A DNA stretch of 62,183 nucleotides, filler included. It is 8 parts of 8 records of this genome, joined end to end, with 100 filler letters (N's around TTAATTAATTAA, not from the genome) between each part and the next. Parts side by side here need not be neighbours in the genome. Positions count along the whole stretch, not along the records: positions 5,142 to 13,740 come from SRR31147125_18991; positions 13,841 to 18,908 come from SRR31147125_19017; positions 19,009 to 31,811 come from SRR31147125_19025; 5 more parts are not named here. One strand, 5' to 3'. Below, piece by piece: positions 10,650 through 22,442 of the stretch. The position numbers and the translations under genes were made by a program. Position 1 is the stretch's first letter. Each line of letters opens with the position of its first letter. The notes under the pieces are model-generated. The model made no database searches. It was given only the letters and a program-made list of their open reading frames with translations, and was not told where the DNA came from.

Positions 10650-11868
10650 TCAGTCTTTCACCAGCATATTATTCACGTCCACAAGTTGGCCCCCTTTTCT
10701 GTATACACGGGGTAATCGTCGACCAAATCGGGACATCACTTCATAAGATACGGAACCAATCCAGTCTCCTATATCGTGCGGAGAAATGGATTCGTCTCCA
10801 TCCTCCCCCATTAAAGTAACGACATCTCCAATTTTCACATCGGGAATGTCTGTCACTTTGATAAAACAGGCATCCATGCACAAACCACTGATGATCGGCA
10901 CTCTCCGGCCGTGCAGCAAAACATCGCCAAGATTTCTCAGTCTTCGGTCATATCCATCCGCATAGCCGATTGGCAGAACAGCAACCTGCTCCTCTTTTTC
11001 TGCCAGAAATCGCCGCCCATATCCAACGGTATCACCACGCTGAATCGTTCGCAAAGCTACAATTTTACTTTTTACACACATGGCTGGCTCTAAAATAAAA
11101 GGCTGACGAACATCCTCCGAAGGAAAATAACCATAGACCATGAGTCCAACCCGAACCATATCAAAATGAGCCTCTGGCAGGTCCAGAACCCCACCACTGT
11201 TGCATATATGCCAGGTTGGTATATGATAATCCAAAGCCTGAAAACAGTCGCGAATGTCATTAAAAAGAAGGATCTGCAATTTGGCAAAACTTTTATCCAC
11301 TGCATCAGACACCGGAAAATGAGTCATAGCTCCGACAAATTCCAGGTTTGGCAAGGCAAGTCTGGGGGAAAAAAGCGACTGCTTCTTTTGCGGAAACACC
11401 ATAACGACTCATACCCGTATCGATCTTGTAATGTACTTTGGCAACTTTACCACGTTCCCTGGCTGCTTTCGACAAAGCAGAGGCAAGCTCTTCAGTAAAT
11501 ACAATTTGTTCCACATCGTAATCCAGTACATATTCTGCCTGTTCAGGCAAAATAGCGCCCATATTTACGATTGGAGCTGTGATGCCAGCCTGACGCAATT
11601 CAATAGCCTCATCCAGCATGACAACCCCAAGCCGGGTGACACCTTTTTCAATCAAAGTCCTGGCAACAGGCACCACTCCGAGACCATAAGCATCCGCCTT
11701 AACCACAACAAGCAGTTCCACCGACCCGAGATAAGCTTTTATTTCTCTCACATTATGTTCTATCGCGTCGAGATTCACTTCAACCCACGACGGTCTTTTT
11801 ATTTTATCTTCTATTAAATTTTTTTTGGCATCCTGATATCTTTTTTGCTTTCCAGATCCCGCAGGCAA
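10650..11868 (-). CDS. alr: Alanine racemase, split by a frameshift at 11364-11374
   Basis: N-half has VVKADAYGLG (PLP lysine) and KIDTGMSRYG; C-half has VGYG, PIGYADG and CMD. Removing one base of T6C5 gives AFFPRLALPNLEF. The true start may be ATG 11831 with a second indel in an A8 run. Confidence 0.88.
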
Positions 11869-12039
11869 TACAAATTATAAATTAAAATAATTATTATTAC
11901 AGATCAAGACAAGTGCCGGCAAAATCCCATTTTCGTTTTTACGGTTTGATGTGCTATGCATTTTAGAAAAATCTATTTATACAGAAACATCATGCATTGA
12001 TTTTCCTACTTTAATACTTTCATATTTGTTTGAAATTTT

Positions 12040-12696
12040 TTACATATTTTTGTTTTTACGAAGAGTACATACACTGTCTTCCAGACCCGTATAATATCGA
12101 TACGTTGGAAAATCAACTTTAGCAACCGTGAATCGTTTTGATACTCTGGGTAAAAATTCAGACTCGGCCGAGTATGCCAACGCCTTAAAGCCACCGCTGA
12201 GAAAGAACGCGTCTCTCTCGCCAAAAAACGTCGAACCAATACAACACTCTGAAAGATGTATCAGTTGCCCTGGGTTAAATACATCCTCGACATAATGCGA
12301 TTCCGCAGGGCCTATCAATTCAACACCGCCATGGATTATCTTTACATCCGGATGCTGCGTTAAATAGTCCATACGTGCAGCCAGATGGTTTGGCTTGTAC
12401 TCGTCATCAGAATCAAGAAAGGTAATATAGCGTCCCAAAGCAGCATATATACCGTTGTTCCGTGATATGGCAACACCCCTGTTCGATTGTTTAAGATACC
12501 TCACCCGCGGGTTTTTTAATACCAGAGGGATAATAATGTCCTCAACACCATCCGTACTGCCATCATCAACAATTAACAGTTCCCACTCTTTAAATGTTTG
12601 CTTCAAAACAGAGGTAATAGCGCGTTGTATCAAGTGTTTGCGATTGTAAACAGGTAAAATAACAGTCACCTGGGGCATAAAAGAAAGATCCGCCAT
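12040..12696 (-). CDS. Glycosyltransferase family 2
   Basis: Motifs VILPVYN, VDDGSTD, RNNG and FLDSDD. Confidence 0.9.
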   Translation of the reverse strand: MADLSFMPQVTVILPVYNRKHLIQRAITSVLKQTFKEWELLIVDDGSTDGVEDIIIPLVLKNPRVRYLKQSNRGVAISRNNGIYAALGRYITFLDSDDEYKPNHLAARMDYLTQHPDVKIIHGGVELIGPAESHYVEDVFNPGQLIHLSECCIGSTFFGERDAFFLSGGFKALAYSAESEFLPRVSKRFTVAKVDFPTYRYYTGLEDSVCTLRKNKNM

Positions 12697-12812
12697 AAAT
12701 CGACCTTGTAAATTGTTATTTAAACTCTTATCACTGCGTTTAGTTTCTCACGAATTTTGAAAGCATCCGGTAAAAAAACTGCGTTCTCTGCTCTTATTTC
12801 TTTATACTCCTG

Positions 12813-13103
12813 TTAATTAAACAGGATTCTGCTAATACTTGAAAGGTCAAAAATACCCAATCGAAGGATATAAATGATGACTACAGCAACGATCAGAAAC
12901 ATGGCTATCCCAAGAAGTGTACGCACAAAAATAATGGCAATCGAACCAATACCGCAAATCAAAAACAGCGAAAAAAGGAAGGATTGTACATCATATGGTT
13001 CACCAAAGATTTGAAACAATGGAACCATTTTATCCCCGAATAAAGTGAGTAACGCCAGCATCGCAAAACAAAATAAAGCAAGCTTGAATAATCTTGCCCG
13101 CAT
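12813..13103 (-). CDS. Small hypothetical membrane protein (about 3 TM helices)
   Basis: Hydrophobic 96-aa ORF starting MRARLFK after an AAAGGG RBS. The ORF track extends it to 13169. Confidence 0.6.
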   Translation of the reverse strand: MRARLFKLALFCFAMLALLTLFGDKMVPLFQIFGEPYDVQSFLFSLFLICGIGSIAIIFVRTLLGIAMFLIVAVVIIYILRLGIFDLSSISRILFN

Positions 13104-13320
13104 AAAAGCACCCTTTCTGTTGTTTAATATGATAATATTTGTTATTGCCCGTTCTGATGAATAAAACAAATCACATGAATGAGGAATAGTGTTTAATTTA
13201 TATAGTTAACAATACAAAATTGAAATTGAGAATGCAACAAAAAATTATATCACAAGATGTTGTTTATCAGGATAAATCAAGAAATTTCCAACAGTTACTT
13301 TTTTTAAACCCTTCTATGTC

Positions 13321-13360
13321 TTGACAAATTATATTTTAATCATTAGATTTGGCTTGTCAA
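13321..13360. promoter_or_regulatory. Overlapping divergent sigma70-like promoters
   Basis: Plus strand TTGACA-17-TAGATT toward ccmE; minus strand TTGACA-16-TAAAAT toward the membrane protein gene. Confidence 0.5.
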
Positions 13361-13394
13361 TTTATGCTAAAATAAAATTAATCATGGAGATTCT

Positions 13395-13740
13395 ATGAAG
13401 CCGAAAATCGTCATCGGTGTGCTGCTTATCGTCGCTGCTCTGGCCTACCTGATCATTGGTGGTTTTCAAGACTCGGCTGTATACTATATGACAGTTCCCG
13501 AACTGTACGCTAAAGGAGATTTGCCACAGAATCAGGGAGTCCGCGTAAGTGGCTATGTGGTACCAGAATCTATTAAATGGGATGCCTCAGCCATAAAACT
13601 TGATTTTGCCATGGCTGAAAATGGCGACACTCTTTTTGTCACATATAACGGTATTATGCCCGATCAACTTGCAGATGCCCAGCAGGTTGTTGTTGAAGGC
13701 CTAATTGGAAATTCCGGTGTTCTCACTGCCGAGAAAATTT
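13395..13740 (+). CDS. ccmE: Cytochrome c maturation protein CcmE, 3'-truncated
   Basis: N-terminal TM helix, VYYMT, VRVSGYVVPESI, VTYNGIMPD and VVVEG. The heme-binding motif lies beyond the contig end. Confidence 0.85.
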
Positions 13741-13840
13741 NNNNNNNNNNNNNNNNNNNNNNNNNNNNNNNNNNNNNNNNNNNNTTAATTAATTAANNNN
13801 NNNNNNNNNNNNNNNNNNNNNNNNNNNNNNNNNNNNNNNN
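13741..13840. other. Artificial contig spacer
   Basis: N44-TTAATTAATTAA-N44. Confidence 0.99.
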
Positions 13841-13842
13841 TT

Positions 13843-16800
13843 TTAGTCGTGAAGGCGTGGCTCTCGGAAGATGAACAGGGAAAGCTTGTCCCACAAGAAG
13901 ACACCGATCATATCGCAAAGCACAAGAAGAACAAATCGGTTACGAAACTACAAACACGTGTTCTTTGTGAATTGTACTGTACGCAAAGAATCTCACGACG
14001 TACGAACCTGGCTGTCCGGGAAGCGAACGAGCTCAAACGATTCATTCAGGAAGGGCAAAATGTCCAACGACATCAACACGTAGAAGAAGCAGGCAAAAAC
14101 GAGGGAGTAGAAGAGGGGCTTGTTCTCTGAGAAGCCTTGCATGAACGGACGTCCCTAGAAAGAAAACGTCAAACGTACAGAAAGAAAGAAGAAATAACAC
14201 GGCGCACTCGATAGTTTGCGAGGAATGTTGCCACCATCTGTGTCGCGGAAATCAGGAACACAACACTGTTGACAACGTTGGGTTCGAAATCTCCATCCAA
14301 GTCGACCACGAAGCCGCTAAGGTATACCAGAGTTACCACCGATACAACCACACACACACAAAAATGTACACATACGGCATGTAGAGTTTCGCCATGCGGA
14401 CAGAGAGCACGAGTGTCGAGATGTGGATAAGGAATTGCCCAAGAATAGAAAGCATCATATAGCCACAGAACACGGCGGAGTGAGGGCGTTGGGGTGCCAG
14501 AGTATCAAGGGGCTGTATGCATCCGTGTCACTCACTGCCCACGCACAAGCAACAAGGACACGAACTTTGGATCGTGAGATGAAGAGGAAGAAGGCAGCCA
14601 TAAGTAACCCGCTGATTGTCATTTGCCTAGCTACGTGTCAACGCCCTCTCTCCTCCCTCCCCGAAAGGGATGCACACCTGTCACCATATTTCACTCCGTC
14701 CAGGTAGAGGACACTCAAACTGTAGGCAGATGTCAAGCAATTAAGTGCCAGAATACGAAACATCTGGGGAGGAATCAACCACGGACACGAGATCAGGAAC
14801 CGATACAATGCACCTGTAGCGTAGTCACGAGTGTGCAGCGTCCCTGTCGAATGATATGCGCCGCTGCAACCATGCATGGGCGACACAACGACAAAAAGGA
14901 CCAACGCACTGGAGAGAATGGTGGAGTACTTGGATGTAAAGGGCGAGGCAATAGATGCATCTCCGAGTCGAACGTGCACACCCTCGCCCTCTTCCTGAAA
15001 AACACACAACATCAACCTAACGAACTCTCTCGCACCCTCACCCACGCCCAACCTTGGAAGCCTCTTCGAGAAACTGTTTAAGCGTAAGGTGCCGACGAGG
15101 GTGAGCGTCCGTGGGCTTGGACTTTGCAGTGGGCATTGCTCGCTTCTTTTCCATCTGAATTTTCAAGTGTTACCATCTCGGAGACAAAACGGAGACCTAC
15201 CCTTCGCAGAAACTCGTTTCTCTTTTTGTCCACACCACTCATCCCCCCCGCTTCCTCTCCTTCTCCTATTTCTTCCTTTGGTCCAGCCTCCTTTTTCTTG
15301 GGTGGCTCGTTCCCGAGAAGGGCAACGCCTGAAGAAGCCTCAGATATCCGTGTATCCACCCAGGATCACGTGTAACACACCAACATGAGCCTGCTTCAGG
15401 GCACCCACATCATTCGTGCCATCACCACACATGAGAGTGGTGAAACCGGCATGCTTCAATACATCCAAGATGAATTCCTGAGAGAGTTGTTAACAATAGT
15501 GTATCGGAGCACCGACTGGAATGGAACCTTCTGATCAGGAGCCACACGTGCAAACACCAACGCGCGAGGAATTATTTTCGCCAGCACACGATCTTTTTCC
15601 CTGAGATGGTGTTCCTGATCCTCAAGCAATGCCATAGCATCCCCGGAACTGTCAAGATCCCATCAGTCAAGCACCGCAGACACACAGATCCACAAACATG
15701 CATAGATCGTATTGCTGAGCAAGCTTGGAAACATTCTCATCAAGACGGAGGTGCATCGACTCATCAGGAGATCGCCACTCAATGGGTGTTGCGTTCGCCA
15801 GAATCAGGATGGGCTTGGTCACAATTCGAAGCTCTCGTGCAACATGACACGCCGTCAGAGCGTGATCTCCCGTGATCATCACGACACGATGACTTGATTC
15901 GCGAAGCTTGTGAATCCCTTCCAAGGAATCACGTTTCAGGGGACATCGCAACACAAGAAAGCCGGCAAACTCAAGATCAGTCTCCGCATCTTCACGCGTG
16001 ACAGTATTCAGCTGCACTGGATATGAGGGAGATACGAGGAGGATGCGCAACGCACCTCCATTGTTGTTTGAATGTGGGGCAAGAGCTTGTAGCCGAGAGC
16101 CAGAACACGTGAACCCTGATGGACATAGTGAAGATAGGTGGTACGATAGTACGCGGGAACCTGAAATGGTGTTGTGGGGATCCCTCCCTCCCCGCGATCA
16201 GACAGACGCACACTCTTGAACCGAGAGATCATCTCTTCGGGAGCCCCTTTGGCCAGAACGCGGAAGCCTGCATGTTCCAGTGACACCATGGTGGACATAC
16301 GCTGAGGATTGCGTCACCTCCTGTCTCCAATACAGAACCACCAACCAACCTTCAAAGCCGAAGAAAAGAGGAAGCGCCGCAGAACTTTCGCCACGGCCCT
16401 CTGATCACCCACCTTCCCAGAGGCCATGTCCACTGCCGTGTGGTGTGGTGATCAGTCTTTGTAACATGGATGTTGCTCCACGAACTCTTGGAGAATGAAA
16501 AATGGACGCCGTTTAGAGCCGCCTTTTCAATGGGATCCCCAGTGAGAGAGTTATCCACGAATACCAAGGAATGACCTAACAATCCCCCAATCACACATCC
16601 CCAGAGACTGACTTCACACACACGGACGTACAGGCTGCCAACACAAGTGCTGTATCCAGGGGAACAGACCTCCCTTCCGTCAAGGGGGAAACACCCGTTT
16701 CACTCGCCTCTTCCAGCCCTGCAACGCCCTGTGGGGGAATCTCGTCATGCAACAATCAACCAGAAAACGAAATCAAACCTCCATATTCATATCATCGCTT

Positions 16801-18908
16801 GTCAACGTTCCCGTCTTGTCGAAGCAACACACACTAACCTTTCCCGCAAAAGGAATCCGAAATGGTTCCGTGCAAAAGATGGCTTCCCAGGGCATCAGTG
16901 AAAAAGAAAATCCACACTTCCACCAAACCAACCGAAATCTGCCAGCCGCAACAAGGATGTATTGACGGCGAGAGACAATTCCATGGGAAGTTCCGGGGGC
17001 ACCTTGACGAAACATCAAACCACCACCACCACCACCACCACCTGCCCACCAAATCACAACGCACCACAGACGTCAACACGAATACAACGTTCAAAAAGAG
17101 TTTCCATCGGCTTCGTGCTTCATCCTGATCGTATTCGTGAGGGACAAGGAGCCTCATGGGTGGCTCACCTTGAGACCCTCTACGAGAACATAGCCTGCTG
17201 CAATAATGGCAAAGAAGAGCAGAAACAGAATGAAGAATAGACTTTCCGCATTGTTCGCAGATGCACGCTCCGTAGAAAACAGAATCGTCTGCAACAGTTT
17301 CCCTTGACTTGTGTGGAAGCCTGTACGAAGAACAAACGCAAGACAACCATTATCCGGGGCTGGTGGGGATGTGAGATGGTTGTAGCACTCTTTTGAACAG
17401 TCCTACACACTCTTGGGGGTTGCGTCCTTTTCCTTTTCCCCAAAATTGGCTTGGACGATCGTTGTGCCTCCGAAGACCTGCAATGGACGGCACTGGCATT
17501 GGGAGAGGACGAGAGAAGGATCAACCACTCACCACATGCTTTCGATCAGCCTTCTTCATGTCCAGGACAACGTCTGTGGGGCGGTCCCAAATCGATTCTT
17601 TGCGCTAAGGGTGCGTGAGTCCATCGTAACGGCAACTCTACAACGCCATCCGAACCTGAGGAATGCTCTCGCCTGTGAGCATAGCCTCGTTGGCGACACA
17701 AGATCCTTTTAGAAGGAGTAGATCACACGGCACCGGAGTATCTTCGTTTTTCTGTGTGGTTATACTGAGTCCTCTCTCTCTTTTCTCATCCTTTTACCTC
17801 GAGTCGTACCTCCGTTCGTTGTCGTGTGAGCGATACAAGATCTCCCGGCACCAAGTCGTTCGACGTGATCTTGTGCCACTTGCCAAAACGAAAACTGTCC
17901 ACCAAACAGAATGAGAGACAACCCACAACGCCAATCGTACCAATTGATCGCGTGAGGAGGAGTGGCCATACCCCGAATTTCCTTCAAATTCCGCAAGCGC
18001 TACCAGGCACGGATCAACCTTTTTCTTCCATTCAATCCAGCTCAACGCACCTGCTTGACAATGGTCGACTCCAAGAACACAAGCATGAAGAGCGTGAATA
18101 CACTATAGTACCAGTATTCGTCAAGACACCAGAGTGTCACACAGAAGATCTGTGGGTGAGTAGGATATTAGTACCAGCACATAGCAACTTCAAACGCCCG
18201 CCTGGGAACCTGAAACAGGAAGAACGGAGCAAGGGCATGCTCTTTGAAGAGTTCTTTGAATGTGGGAACCGGAATGTCGAATCTGGTGTGTCGTAAGTAC
18301 CCCACCATTGACACGGGACACACGTATTGTCTCCCAAGAGAAGTTTCGCTTCAGCAAGGCTTGCTTCTGTTGCAAACCCACGACTCTTCTAAACAATCCG
18401 ATCCTTCAGGCGAACAGACGAACGTGGTACACAGTCCCTGCACACGCGTACTCGATATTCTCCCAATGGAAGATTTGTTGGAGTGTTGGGCTTGACGAAT
18501 TGCCCGTCCTCGGGTCGATACACATATCTCGCCTTACGATATTCAAAGAAGATTTCCGTTTTCTCATGCGCAATCTAGATCCAGGACCCTGAGGGCGCCA
18601 AAGGGGACCACACACCCGTTGCACACACGTGCACACACCTCACGCTGCTGCAACGGACAGAGTGATGTTTTGCCACGGTGTTTCTTGGCCACAACCTTTA
18701 CCCACGATGCCCTATCAACCGTACGAACCTTATGTAGCGTGAGTAAGTGTGTGGACGGGGATGGATCTGTTGCCGTCCCAACCTTTTGAAAGGCAATGAA
18801 ACACTTGGCCTCCACCGACCAGTGTGTACTCAAATACGCAATAGCATTCAGCACGACGAGCACCCTTGAGACAGGAGACATATCACACCATCATGTACCT
18901 CCACACCC
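13843..18908 (-). CDS. ATP13A1: Eukaryotic multi-exon gene for a P5A-type ATPase (Spf1/ATP13A1 ER transmembrane helix dislocase), 5'-truncated
   Basis: Spliced motifs in correct order: [138 protein letters not shown]. Stop TAA at 13845-13843. GT-AG introns include 15478-15527 (50 nt) and 15329-15380 (52 nt). Confidence 0.92.
17019..17042. repeat. (ACC)8 microsatellite inside an intron
   Basis: Eight perfect ACC units between the TSV and VPPELP exons. Confidence 0.85.
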
Positions 18909-19008
18909 NNNNNNNNNNNNNNNNNNNNNNNNNNNNNNNNNNNNNNNNNNNNTTAATTAATTAANNNNNNNNNNNNNNNNNNNNNNNNNNNNNNNNNNNN
19001 NNNNNNNN
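18909..19008. other. Artificial contig spacer
   Basis: N44-TTAATTAATTAA-N44. Confidence 0.99.
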
Positions 19009-19943
19009 TCCTTTAATGTGGATAACATGTTAATAACGTATTGATTGTCTTCTTCGGAGGTTTGAATGGAAAATAAGATATGTCTACAATGTATTAATTC
19101 ACCGCGTATTTCAATATTTTGGATAACATGATAACCAAATTGAGTTTCTACCGGTTCTGATATTTCACCGGGCTCTAAGGCAAAAGCGGCCTTTTCAAAT
19201 TCCGTTACAAAAGTGCCCTTGGGGACAAAACCAAGATCACCACCATCTTCAGCTGAACCGGGGTCCTGGGAATACTCGAAAGCGGCATCTTCAAAAGAAA
19301 GTGTACCCGCAAGGATCTCATCCCGAATACCGTTGATCATATTTAGTGTGTTTTCTCTGGATTTAGGAGATGGTTTTTCTGTGATCAAAATGTGATCAAT
19401 ATCTATTCTTTCAGGTAGGTCGGGTAGAGAATCTTTATTCGTGTTATAAAATTTTATAACCTCAGGTCTCGATATTTTAATCTTGGAAAATTTTTCAGAT
19501 TGAAGTTGTTGGGAAAGCATAGAACTTTTTACGCGCTCATATAGCATTTCTCTTATTTTCTTAATTGGGGTATCAAAATACATTTCAAGAACTTCTTCGG
19601 ATCCGGCCATTTGAACATATTGCATTAATTGTTGTTCTGCAGATGCCTCAACATTTCTTTCATTGATCTCAACCGAATCAGCCTCAGCTTGTAAAAGAAT
19701 GATCTTTGAGTTAACCAGGTCCCTTAAAGCTTGTTGTTGTAAAATGGCGAAAGCTTCTTGATTTTGGTATATATCAACTTGGGATTGTTGAGCCATTTCA
19801 AAAGCAAACTGATTCATCTCAGAAAAAAGAATAATATCCTCACCCACAATAGCGGCTATACCGTCAATCATTTGTTGGGCGGGTAGAAAAACAGCCCCGA
19901 TAAGTAAAATATTAATTATTACTATTTTTGAAAATTTTGACAT
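19009..19943 (-). CDS. surA: SurA-like peptidyl-prolyl isomerase, 3'-truncated
   Basis: IDGIAAIVGEDIIL N-domain and parvulin motifs HILI, SQDPGSAEDGGDLG, FEKAAF and VETQFGYHVI. Confidence 0.82.
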
Positions 19944-20679
19944 TTATTTTTTCCTTTAATTCTTTTTCTTTGTTTTGTATGGCATTTATATATTCACTCA
20001 TTCGAAGCTTTTGTATGATATCCTCTCGAACATGTTCCACTCGAAGCAAAGAATTTTTCGGGTAACGATGAATAATAGAAATAATATAATACATATCTCC
20101 ACCAGCAATGGGTCCGATCAAATCTTTTGAGTTTCTACTGAATATCTTCTCATCTATTGGTAAAATACAATCTCCGGGAACAACCAATTTTAAATAACCA
20201 CCAATAAGGGGATCTTCATTATTTTTCAATTTTGTTAATAATACCCTAGCATCCTCTTCGCTTTTTTGGGAGTATATATTAACAAAAGCCGCCTGTTCTT
20301 CAATAATGAATTCATTTTGATTTTTATCGTAATACTCAATTACACTGTTTTCTGAGATCATAATATTATTCAATATATTATTTTCCTGATATTCTCGGAT
20401 CAATATTGATGAGCGATATTCATTAACTTTATTTTTAGAAGATTTGCTTAAAGAATGATACTTTTTAGCTTCAATTTTCCAAAGCTGGTTCACAACCCAG
20501 CGATCAATATAGTCACTTTTCTGTTGTGGACCGGGATTGTTTCCCAGTACATTTTCAATATCTGATTGTCGTAATATTTTTAAGCGGACCCTTGCCACAG
20601 CGGGATCACTTTTGAAATTTATGATCCCACAAGAGCCGGTTACAACAATAACCAAAACAGCGATAATGATATTTCTTAT
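19912..20679 (-). CDS. Foldase-like lipoprotein (degenerate PrsA/EpsD-like); start uncertain
   Basis: Lipobox VTGSC, helical chaperone region (YIDRWVVNQL), located between two PPIases. The ORF track starts at TTG 20655, but a complete signal peptide needs ATA 20679. Confidence 0.65.
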   Translation of the reverse strand: MRNIIIAVLVIVVTGSCGIINFKSDPAVARVRLKILRQSDIENVLGNNPGPQQKSDYIDRWVVNQLWKIEAKKYHSLSKSSKNKVNEYRSSILIREYQENNILNNIMISENSVIEYYDKNQNEFIIEEQAAFVNIYSQKSEEDARVLLTKLKNNEDPLIGGYLKLVVPGDCILPIDEKIFSRNSKDLIGPIAGGDMYYIISIIHRYPKNSLLRVEHVREDIIQKLRMSEYINAIQNKEKELKEKINVKIFKNSNN

Positions 20680-22364
20680 TTTATGAACGATTTATTTATC
20701 CTTACTGGATAATTGTTTCTCAACATTTTGTTTTGCTCAATTCGCTTCTGTTCCATGTGTTTCGATCTGTAATCGGTCAAAAGACGATATGAAACACTTT
20801 GAAGATCACGATAACCTCCGGGAATATATTCAACTCTTTGGATTACCGAGAAATGTTCACCAAGTTTATGGGGTCCGGATATTTCACCATCTTTCATATT
20901 AAAAGCCGCAATGCTCATGTGCCCATATTGATTTTTCTTAACAGGTGGGATCAAGCCCTTGTTTTTCTTACCAATATTTCTAATGGAATGTTTTGTGGCT
21001 AGATCTTCAATTTTATCACCCGCATGTAATCTTTCGAGAACACTGTCGGCCGTTGCTTCATCCTTGAGTAGAATTTCTTTAACGCGGACAGTGGCTTCGA
21101 TCGGATATAATTCGGATTTATTCTCTTCATAAAATGCTGAAAGCTCATTTCTATCTGGCGTGATCAGCTCAAACACATATAATTTATCAAACAGTGCGGA
21201 TGCCTTTTTTGCGAGGTATATATTTCTGTTATTATTGTACTTACTGCTATTATCAAGCCCCATGTTAATAGCGGCCTTGTTCAATAATGAACCCATAATG
21301 CTTTGATCTAAAAAACTACCGAACGAATTGACATCTATAAATCTTGGAGGAAGCTGAAGACTGATAACCCTTAAGTATTCAATGATCCAGTTCTTGTCCA
21401 GGGAAATATCACCCAGGGTTCCAACGCAAAGACTGTCATCAAAAATGTCCATAATGTCAAATGTTGTAAACTGTTCAGAATAAAATACATTTTTAGAAAG
21501 TCTGCCATAACGCTCAATAAAATCTTCTAGTTTTAAACTGTCAATTTGAAGGGGGTTGGCAGTCATTGTAGAATCCCAAACCTCATTTTGCCGATCCATG
21601 AATCGTTGACTCCAGCGATCATAGGCGAAATCAACAAGTTCTTGTCTCATTTCTTCAAAAGAAGGCACGGGTACTTCGCGACGTTCATTTAGTTTAATAA
21701 TATGAAAACCAAAAGGTGTTTCTACAGGAGAAGATATTTCACCCGGGTTTAACCCGTAGGCTGCATTTTCAAACTCGTCAACCCATCGCCCGGGTTTTGC
21801 CCACCCAAGATTTCCGGAGTTATTTTCTTTGCTACCGTCATCGGAATATTCTAAGACTAGATCGGTAAAATTGTCGGAGTTGATCTTTTTTGATAATTTA
21901 TTCGCGAGAGCTTCTGCCTCTTCCCGGCTGCGGTCATTTAGCTTACGGGAACCCGTATTATATCCTATAAGCAGATGAGAAACATCAAGCTCGTATTTCA
22001 TTTTTTCATAAAGGGCGCCTAATGTTTCATCACTTAGTATTTTATCAATAATTAGATTTTGATACGCGCCGTTAGCAAGTTCTTTGATCTCCCAAGTTCG
22101 GATTTCCCAGTAAACATCACCCGAATCAAGATCACCCTGATCCTCCAGATAATACCGGGCAAGATAATCATCAATAACCCGATCTATTTGAGCTTGTTTA
22201 TCTTCCGGGCTGAGTTCGTTAAAATTTGCCGGGGGGATATAACGGTAAAGTTCATCCGCAGAGATTTTTTCACCTTTAACAACGGCAATGTTTTTATCGC
22301 CCGTCAGTGAGCAGGATGTAAACACAAGAAGGGTTAAAACAATAATGACCAAAAAACGTTTCAT
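20676..22364 (-). CDS. Parvulin-type peptidyl-prolyl isomerase lipoprotein (two PpiC domains)
   Basis: MKRFLVII..FTSC lipobox after a GGAG RBS; SHLLI, GNLGW, FENAAY and ETPFGFHII; second domain VRVKEILL..GEISGP. Confidence 0.85.
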   Translation of the reverse strand: MKRFLVIIVLTLLVFTSCSLTGDKNIAVVKGEKISADELYRYIPPANFNELSPEDKQAQIDRVIDDYLARYYLEDQGDLDSGDVYWEIRTWEIKELANGAYQNLIIDKILSDETLGALYEKMKYELDVSHLLIGYNTGSRKLNDRSREEAEALANKLSKKINSDNFTDLVLEYSDDGSKENNSGNLGWAKPGRWVDEFENAAYGLNPGEISSPVETPFGFHIIKLNERREVPVPSFEEMRQELVDFAYDRWSQRFMDRQNEVWDSTMTANPLQIDSLKLEDFIERYGRLSKNVFYSEQFTTFDIMDIFDDSLCVGTLGDISLDKNWIIEYLRVISLQLPPRFIDVNSFGSFLDQSIMGSLLNKAAINMGLDNSSKYNNNRNIYLAKKASALFDKLYVFELITPDRNELSAFYEENKSELYPIEATVRVKEILLKDEATADSVLERLHAGDKIEDLATKHSIRNIGKKNKGLIPPVKKNQYGHMSIAAFNMKDGEISGPHKLGEHFSVIQRVEYIPGGYRDLQSVSYRLLTDYRSKHMEQKRIEQNKMLRNNYPVRINKSFIK

Positions 22365-22442
22365 AGTTACTCCAATTTTATCAAGCAAATTTAACACACC
22401 AGTCAATAAAATAAAATGTTTATTTACAGCCATAATAAGCCC

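Noticed and set aside
11364-11374. Programmed frameshift or true pseudogene in alr
   Set aside because: Both halves are intact and similar homopolymer indels occur in unrelated contigs, so a sequencing error is more parsimonious.
13395-13796. ORFs running into X residues (also 18957, 43996, 44000, 55948)
   Set aside because: They extend into spacers. The real genes are truncated at contig ends.
13849-18881. Dozens of short ORFs on both strands in the ORF track
   Set aside because: They are antisense or exon/intron read-through fragments of the single spliced P5A ATPase gene.
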